NCBI GenBank assembly: GCA_963758295.1
Contig: CAVWUU010000004.1
Span: 768,001-832,000 of the forward strand
DNA length: 64,000 nt
Source: Candidatus Eremiobacteria bacterium
GTDB lineage: Bacteria > Vulcanimicrobiota > Vulcanimicrobiia > Vulcanimicrobiales > Vulcanimicrobiaceae
Direction of reading: 5' to 3'
Each line of letters starts with the position of its first letter. Position 1 is the first letter of the stretch. The translations under genes and the position numbers were made by a program. Positions 57,226 to 64,000 of this stretch are shown piece by piece. Below the pieces are notes generated by a model, which was given only the letters and a program-made list of their open reading frames with translations, did not search any database and was not told where the DNA came from.

Positions 57226-57263
57226 GTAAGTGTGGACGATATTACGCCATTCGCGCGACGAGT

Positions 57264-58004
57264 TCAGGCGAGTGCCTCCATAGCGGCTTCCGAAACTTCC
57301 AGATTGCTAAAGCTGTGTTGCACGTCTTCGTTGTCCTCGAGCGCCTGAAGAAACGCGAGCGCCGCCGAAAGCTCGTTGCCTTCGGGGGACACTTTTTGCT
57401 TGGGCCGCATGCCCATGTAGGCGTCGGAAACTTTCACGCCGGCGTCGCGCAGCGCATCGCGCGCGCTTGCGAGCATCGCCACCTCTGCGTAGATGAAACT
57501 GACCGGATCGTCGTATTCGAGATCGATTACGCCTTCCACGAGCGCCGCTTCCGTAAGCGCGTCCTCGGATTTGCCTTGCGTTTCCACTTCGATAATTCCA
57601 ACCGGATCGAACATCCACCCGACGGACCCCGTCTCGCCGAGATTCCCGCCGTGCTTCGTGAAGATGAATCGAAGCTCGCCCGCCGTCCGATTGCGATTGT
57701 CGGTAGCCGCGTCAACAACAACGGCGAGGCCGTGCGGGCCGTAGCCTTCATACCGCAGCTCTTCGATCTCTTTCTCGCCGGTGCCGCCGGAGCCGCGTGC
57801 GATCGCCCGCTTGATATTATCTTGCGGCATGTTGTTTTCGCGCGCTTTTTCGACCGCGAGCTTGAGGCGATGGTTCGATTCGGGGTCGGGCGAGCCGCCT
57901 TTGGCCGCAAGCGCGATCTCTTTACTCAATTTCGTGAAGAGCGCGCTGCGCTGCGAATCGGTCTTGCCCTTATCGAGCTTGATGTTTTGCCATTTACGAC
58001 CCAT
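57264..58004 (-). CDS. YebC/PmpR family protein
   Basis: KWQNIK, YEGYGP, TDNRNRT, GSVGWMF. Confidence 0.95.
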   Translation of the reverse strand: MGRKWQNIKLDKGKTDSQRSALFTKLSKEIALAAKGGSPDPESNHRLKLAVEKARENNMPQDNIKRAIARGSGGTGEKEIEELRYEGYGPHGLAVVVDAATDNRNRTAGELRFIFTKHGGNLGETGSVGWMFDPVGIIEVETQGKSEDALTEAALVEGVIDLEYDDPVSFIYAEVAMLASARDALRDAGVKVSDAYMGMRPKQKVSPEGNELSAALAFLQALEDNEDVQHSFSNLEVSEAAMEALA

Positions 58005-58017
58005 AGAAATTCCTTCG

Positions 58018-61000
58018 CTACCCTGGTCCGACGACCCACTTGTCGATCCACATCCGCTCGTGCCAGGCCTGCCACGGCAACGGCATAGCGGAGAGGATCG
58101 GATAGAAAAATACGAACGCGACGCCGATGGCGACGACGGTCGCGGCCACCGCCGCGATGCCCCACTTCCTGCCGGTTTCGCCCCGGCTCGTCGACCATCG
58201 GTACAAGCGTTGCAACACGATGGCGTTGCACAAGCAGATTAGCGGAATGTCGACATAGAAATGATACGCGAACGTGATGCGGGGCGACTTCATCCACGGC
58301 AGCCACTGCAGCAAGTACGTTAGTACGATCAACGCGTAAGCCTTGCGCCGCTCTTTCCACGCCAAGAAGCCGACGAGCGGAACGGCTATCAAGCCGAACC
58401 ACAGCAAGAGCGGGTTGGGCATCGACGTTACTTCCTGGACGCAGCACCCGTGCGGATCGCTTTGATTCGCGCGGTGGTCCTGGTAGAAGTACGCAATCGG
58501 CACGTAGTCGAGCGGCCACTCCCACCACTTCGACGAGTACGGATGCGTAGCCGTTAGCGTATCGTGGTACTCGAACATCGAGTACTGGCGATAGACCACG
58601 TCGTTGACGTTGTGAATTTCGCTCGGGTCGGGCGAATGCCGCACGAGGTCCGGAACCCACACGAGCCCGTAAACCGTCGCCGCAACAAACACGATTGTAG
58701 CCAGCGCGCCGTCCAAACGGAAGCCGCGCGGATTCCCCCACAGCGCCGGCCGTCCTTCCGAAAAGAGGCGCTGCAGCCACACGAAGATCAGCACGATAAA
58801 GCTTACGCCGAAGCCCATTACGCCGTACCACTTCGCGCTAACGAGCAAACCGAGCGCGACGGTGAACAGGATGAGCCACAGCGTCGCGGAGCTGCCGTTC
58901 TCTTTCCCGTCGGCCGTGCGAATCTCGTTCTCCGCATAGGTGGCGTCGCCGTCCGGCGACTCGTACGTCACCGACGCATCTTTCCGATAACGAATCGTAA
59001 CGTCGCCATCTTGGGAAACGAATTCGCCTCCGCGGATTTGCGAAAGCGCGCCGCGGCGCGAATTGACGATTTTGCCGGCGGGATTTGTTTCGAATCCGCC
59101 GCCGTCCGGCGTGTAGAATGCGATCCCGTCGGCGTCGCTAAGCGCGTATGATCCTTCGGCAAACGTGAGTTCGCGCTGACCGTCAGCCGCGAAAAGCCGG
59201 ATGTACAAGACGTACCGGACGAGCAGATAACATCCCAGCGCAACGTAAAGCGCCGCGATGATGCTCGTGGCGCGGTCGAGCGGAGACCACGCCAACCTGA
59301 TGAGCGCGGAGACGATCGCACCGGCCAGAATCGAGGCGACGGCGCCGCCAACATAGGCCCACGTCGGAACGTTTACGTGGCGGCGCACTTCGACTTGTGA
59401 AGAGATCCAGAAGCGATAGAACGCGTAGACTGCGAGCAGCGAGAAGAATACGACGAACCCTTCGGGCGTCGCAATACGCGACTGCACGAAGTGCATGCCG
59501 TCGAAAATGAGGAACAGCGCCGCGATTCCCGCGAAAATCGTCGAACCGGTTACGCGCTTGGCGAAAACGTAGAGCAGCATCACGACAAGCGCGCCGAACA
59601 CGACGTCGAGGAAACGCCAGCCATAGGCGTTGTCGCCGCTGGACATGTGGCCGAGGATGGCGTTCATGAACGTCCATCCACCGGCGCCGTGCCCCGCCGG
59701 CATTCCGCCGAAGAGCATCACGGAAAACGTTACGAGCAGCTTCGAAAGCGGCGGGTGGGTGTTTTCGTAAATCCGCAGATTCTGCAGATACTCTTCGGCG
59801 GCGCGCGCGAAATAAATTTCGTCGAAAATCTTATCCGCGGGATACCAATAGTTGACGAACGACAGCACGAAGCTGAAGATGCCGAGCGCCCACATCACGA
59901 CGTAATCGAGCGGCTTGCGCATTCGCGCCAACCCCTCGAGTGGATCGAACCAGTTCTGGGCCTTGCTCCACCAAGATTGCTCGACGGCCTGCGGCGTCGA
60001 CGATTCCGGCTTTCGCTCCGTCTCGGCGTCGGCTGCAGAGAGTTCGGCCGTCGGAGCCGATCCCAAGAATGCGTAGCCGAGCGCGAAGAACGTGCCGACG
60101 GCAACAAGCGAGTAGAACGAGGTGAGCGGGCCCCACAGATTGCGCGGATCGACACCGGGCGTCTGAACGGTCATCACTTGGAGGTACTGTAGCGAGTACA
60201 CCAAGTTCGCGTAGAGCACGATCGAGAGCGCAATCGCTCCCCAAAGATAGCGCCGCGCCAACGGAACGCAAGCGATCGCAAAGGTCAGTCCGTCGAAAGA
60301 TATAGCGCTCGTGCATGCGCGTGGAAAGCACGAAGAACGCGATCAGGGCCACCGCGCTCGATTCCAGCAGCGCACCGGGGCTGCGCTCTTGGGCGTAGCG
60401 CCAGACGATTAATGCAAGCGCGGCCACTACCAGGCCGATTCCCCAATAGTACATTGGGAACGTGACGATGAATCCTATCGGGCTGTTATCCGCCTTCCAG
60501 AAAGCACCGTCGGTCGACCACGTGTTCAATGACCAAAGATTGAACGCATTGACGCTGTTGTACGAGTAGACACTCGAGCCGAATTCGTAGCGTTGCAAAA
60601 GCCAATGGACGAGCGCAATGGGATTCGTTGTGGGATGGAACGGAACGGCCAGCAGCAATCCAAGCACGATCGCCGAGACGATACCGATTGCCGTCGCGCG
60701 CACGCGCAAAGCGCGCCGCCCCGGATCGACGAACGCGAACGTGATAAATATGCGGAATCAACACCGCCGCTTGCGGCTTGATCAAAAGCGAATATGAAAA
60801 GACCAGCCATGCGGCAACGATCGACCACGTCGCCTTGCCTTCGGCGTCGTCGTCCGAGCGCAACAACAGGTAGGCCGCTAGCAAGGCGAGGCCTCCGGCG
60901 ATGGAATCGACCTGCCCCCATTTGGCCGAAATGAAGATCGTCGCCGGATTCAAGACGTAAAGTGCCGCAGCGCCGAACGCGATGGCGGGACGCGCGAAGC

Positions 61001-61370
61001 GGCAGCCGATGCGGTAGATAATCCAGCCGACGCCGAGGTCTGCCAGCACGGCGGGCAGTTTCACCAGCACCTTCAGCAGGCCGAGGTTGGTATCTTGGGG
61101 CCGGAAGAACTGCCAAATATGGCCAACGACGGCGAGGACATAGAAGTAGCCCGGCGGGTAATCCGCAAACCGCGTCTTGGCATAGAAGTTCGCAAGCCCG
61201 TTGTCGACGAGCGACATGGTCCATGCTTCGAACGTCTGGACGTCGTTTTTGAAGCCTTCGTCGCCAAGGAACAGCGCGCGCAGCAAAAAGCCCACGACGA
61301 GCAGCGCCGGCAGAGCCCAGGGGAGCGTACGCTCCCAGACGGACGTTTGGACGTTCGCCCTAGCGTTCAC
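58018..61370 (-). CDS. Fused lipid-carrier-dependent glycosyltransferase (GT-C) plus protein O-mannosyltransferase; two apparent frameshifts (~60752, ~60296)
   Basis: DYPPGY, WGQVDS, KPQA, MHERY then FDEIYF, ENTHPPL, HPYSSKWWEWP; removing one base at each site joins three ORFs; GGAGG plus GTG 61370. Confidence 0.8.
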
Positions 61371-61399
61371 GCGCGTGTTGTCCTCCGGTATCGACGAAA

Positions 61400-62380
61400 C
61401 TAAGCGACGGGTTCGACGAGCGTTCCCATCAGAAACTCGCGCAGCGTCGGAATCTGAATGGGCCTCGACAACCGCCATAGGTTCTGCGGCGGCACGCCGG
61501 GCGGCCTCTCTCGCGCCGAGTTCATCCAATGCCGACGACGACTCGCTCCACCTGCCCGGACGTCAGCTCGCCGCCGCCCGCGTACGCCTCGCCGATGGCT
61601 GCGGTGGCCGCCGACGGCGTCTGTGCGAGCGCCCAAACAACGGGATACGTCCATTTGCGCCGGGCGATGTCGTTGGCCACAACCTTGCCCGTCGCGTCGC
61701 TCGAGGCCCAAATGCCCAGAACATCGTCACGGATTTGGAATGCGACGCCGTAAGCGTGTCCGAGTTTGCCGTACTGGGCGAGCAGCGTTGCGTCGCGTTT
61801 CGGCGCATTGCGCGCCCAAGAAGCACGACGGCTTCGAAAAGCGCCGCCGTCTTGCACGCGATCATGTGGTAATAGTCGTTCAGCGCCACGTGCGTGGCCG
61901 TTTCAAACTGCAGATCGAGCGACTGCCCATCGCACATGATGCGGTGCGCCTCGTGCAGCATTTCGACCATCCGCATCACGCGTTCGGCCGTAAGCTGTTT
62001 GCGCGCGCGCAGCAACGTGAGGAAACTCACCGCGCACATCGCGTCGCCGGCATTGATCGCGCTGCGGCACGCTGTAGAGATTCCACAGCGTCCGTTTGCC
62101 GTGACGCATTTCGTCTCGATCCTCGATGTCGTCGTGGACGAGCGAGTAATTGTGCAAGATTTCGACGGCTGCCGCGGCGTCAAGACAATGTTCGAGCGGC
62201 GCTCCGAGAGCGAGACCGGTGCGCATAACGATTTGGGGACGCAAGCGTTTGCCGCGGCGAGCCGGTCCGTACGGTCCGTAACCGAAGTGATACAAAAGCA
62301 TATCGGAGATCGTGCTCGATCCCCGATAGGCCGTTATTCGTTCTTCGAGGTAGGCTTCGAACCGGTCAGACGGGTTGACG
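61400..62380 (-). pseudogene. Polyprenyl diphosphate synthase with multiple frameshifts (possibly sequencing error)
   Basis: GKRLRP, HDDIEDRD, AINAGD, GQSLDL, KTAALF, FQIRDD found across different frames; start uncertain. Confidence 0.8.
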
Positions 62381-63208
62381 GCTGAGCTCCTCCATGCGGC
62401 GCTCGACCTGGTCGACGAGCCACCCGGGCGTTGAAGCGCCGGACATCAAGCCGGCGACCTTCACGCCTTCGAACCAATCCGCTTGTAATTCATCGGGGCC
62501 TTCGATGTGATGCGATTTCGCACCGTGAATTTCCGCAAGCTCCGCGAGATGCTTCGTATTCGCCGAGGTCTTACCGCCGACGACAACCATGACTTCAACT
62601 TCTTCCGACAAGCGAAGCGCTTCGCTCTGGCGGTTGTTCGTGTCGGTGCAGATCGTATTGACCGCGCGCACTTCATAGTATTTCGCCGTCAGGGCTTTCA
62701 CGATGTCCGTGAAACGTTCGCGCGAGTAGGTCGACTGCACGACGACGCCGATGCGGCTGCCGCGCGGAAGCTTCTCGACATCTTCGACGGTCTCGATGCA
62801 CCACGCGCTGGGAACGTGGCTGAGCGTCCCTTTGACTTCCGGGTGGTTCGGATCGCCGATAACGACGATCTTATAACCGTCGCCCTTTAACCGCTCCGCC
62901 TGCACGTGAATCTTCGTTACCATGGGGCACGTGGCATCGATGACTTCGAGGCCCTTGGCCTTGGCCTTATCGAAGACTTCGACGGGCAAACCGTGCGCAC
63001 GAACGAAAAGCGCGCCGCTATCAACGTCGTCGACGGAGCCGGCGTTTTTCAGGCCCTTCGATTCCAGAGACGCAACCATTTGAGGATTGTGCACTACGTG
63101 GCCGAGCGTCGTAACGTCGTCGCGGCTGCCGATGGCCTCTTCGGCCTTCTTCACCGTGATGGCGACGCCGAAGCAAAACCCTTGCGTCTTAGACTTCCGA
63201 ATTTCCAC
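62366..63208 (-). CDS. ispH: HMBPP reductase
   Basis: GFCFGV, VHNP, RAHG, DATCP, HPEV, TICT, SGASTP; GTG start. Confidence 0.96.
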   Translation of the reverse strand: MEIRKSKTQGFCFGVAITVKKAEEAIGSRDDVTTLGHVVHNPQMVASLESKGLKNAGSVDDVDSGALFVRAHGLPVEVFDKAKAKGLEVIDATCPMVTKIHVQAERLKGDGYKIVVIGDPNHPEVKGTLSHVPSAWCIETVEDVEKLPRGSRIGVVVQSTYSRERFTDIVKALTAKYYEVRAVNTICTDTNNRQSEALRLSEEVEVMVVVGGKTSANTKHLAELAEIHGAKSHHIEGPDELQADWFEGVKVAGLMSGASTPGWLVDQVERRMEELSRQPV

Positions 63209-63794
63209 CGATGCTCTTCTCCAGCGCGCGGATAGCGCCCATGACTTCATCGGTGAACTTCGCCAAATCTTCGCGAGTTGCTTTCCGTCCCGGCGGAAGC
63301 GACATCGGCTTTCCGAAAGCGACTTTGATCTTACCGAGCTGCTTGGCCTTTTCGGACCCGATGATGGCCGCCGGCACGACGGGCGCCTTGGCGAGCGAGG
63401 CGAGCAGTGCAACGCCTTGGCGCGCCTCCTTCTCGCCGCCGACGTTCCGGCCGCCTTCCGGAAAAATGCCGATGCACCCGCCTTCGCGCAGCACTTCGAC
63501 GGAGCGCTTGATGGCTGCGGCGGCGCTTCCTTCCCGGTCCACGGGATACGCGCCCACGGCGCGAATCGCCGGCCCGAGCACGGGAATTTCGAAAAGCTCT
63601 TTCTTCGCCATGTAACTGATCCGCCGAGGTGCGAACGAACCCATCACCGGCGGATCGAGAAATGAGACGTGATTGCAGGCAATAATGAGCGGTCCGGTCC
63701 GCGGAATATTCTCCGCGCCGGCCACCTTCGTACGCCAGACGACGAGCGAAACGCCATGAATGATGTTGCGCGCTGTCCAGTAGAGCAAATTCAT
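63189..63794 (-). CDS. plsC: 1-acyl-glycerol-3-phosphate acyltransferase
   Basis: NHVSFLD, FPEG. Confidence 0.92.
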   Translation of the reverse strand: MNLLYWTARNIIHGVSLVVWRTKVAGAENIPRTGPLIIACNHVSFLDPPVMGSFAPRRISYMAKKELFEIPVLGPAIRAVGAYPVDREGSAAAAIKRSVEVLREGGCIGIFPEGGRNVGGEKEARQGVALLASLAKAPVVPAAIIGSEKAKQLGKIKVAFGKPMSLPPGRKATREDLAKFTDEVMGAIRALEKSIGGNSEV

Positions 63795-64000
63795 CGCGGA
63801 AGCTCCACGATTTTCACGATTTCATCTATGACCTCGGCGGCCTTGAGCGAGCTTGAGTCCACGACGTGTGAATCCGGTGCCGGAACGAGCGGCGAAACGG
63901 CGCGATCGCGGTCGAGGCGGTCGCGTTCCTCGATTTCTTCCGCCAAACGGTGCGCGCTGACGTCGACTCCAGCGGCAAGTAACTGAGCGCGACGGCGCTC
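63791..64000 (-). CDS. cmk: Cytidylate kinase, C-terminal part
   Basis: Manual translation ERRRAQL...ERDRLDRDRAVSPLVPAPDSHVVDSS; stop overlaps plsC ATG. Confidence 0.88.
   Translation of the reverse strand, partial: ERRRAQLLAAGVDVSAHRLAEEIEERDRLDRDRAVSPLVPAPDSHVVDSSSLKAAEVIDEIVKIVELPR

Overview
GC-rich bacterial chromosomal window. Firmicutes-like core synteny (cmk-plsC-ispH, rpe, rpmB, DAK2-plsX-DegV, yacL-ispD-ispF-cysE-cysS-rlmB-sigH) combined with an outer-membrane TonB-dependent receptor suggests a diderm Terrabacteria lineage such as Eremiobacterota/Vulcanimicrobiota (inference). 1-20 kb: accessory stress/glycan region with a GAF-GGDEF gene, a histone-like heptad-repeat protein, a divergent glycosyltransferase cluster with NodU-like carbamoyltransferase and NodS-like methyltransferase, MsrC/MsrB, Ppa and a ferritin-like protein. 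21 kb: tRNA Tyr-Gly-Thr cluster. 22-40 kb: uptake/catabolic genes, an atypical tRNA-Thr(UGU) with a long variable arm, and two pseudogenes. 40-64 kb: housekeeping genes with several oddities: a 128/129-bp structured tandem repeat at the cysS-rlmB junction, a stand-alone GluRS anticodon-binding-like domain in the gltX slot, IspD fused to an EF-G domain V-like module, a kinase-less PASTA protein, a MITE-like element and a double GT-C/PMT fusion gene. Several single-base frameshifts in conserved genes suggest sequencing or assembly indel errors. All family calls come from motif recognition by eye; no searches were run.
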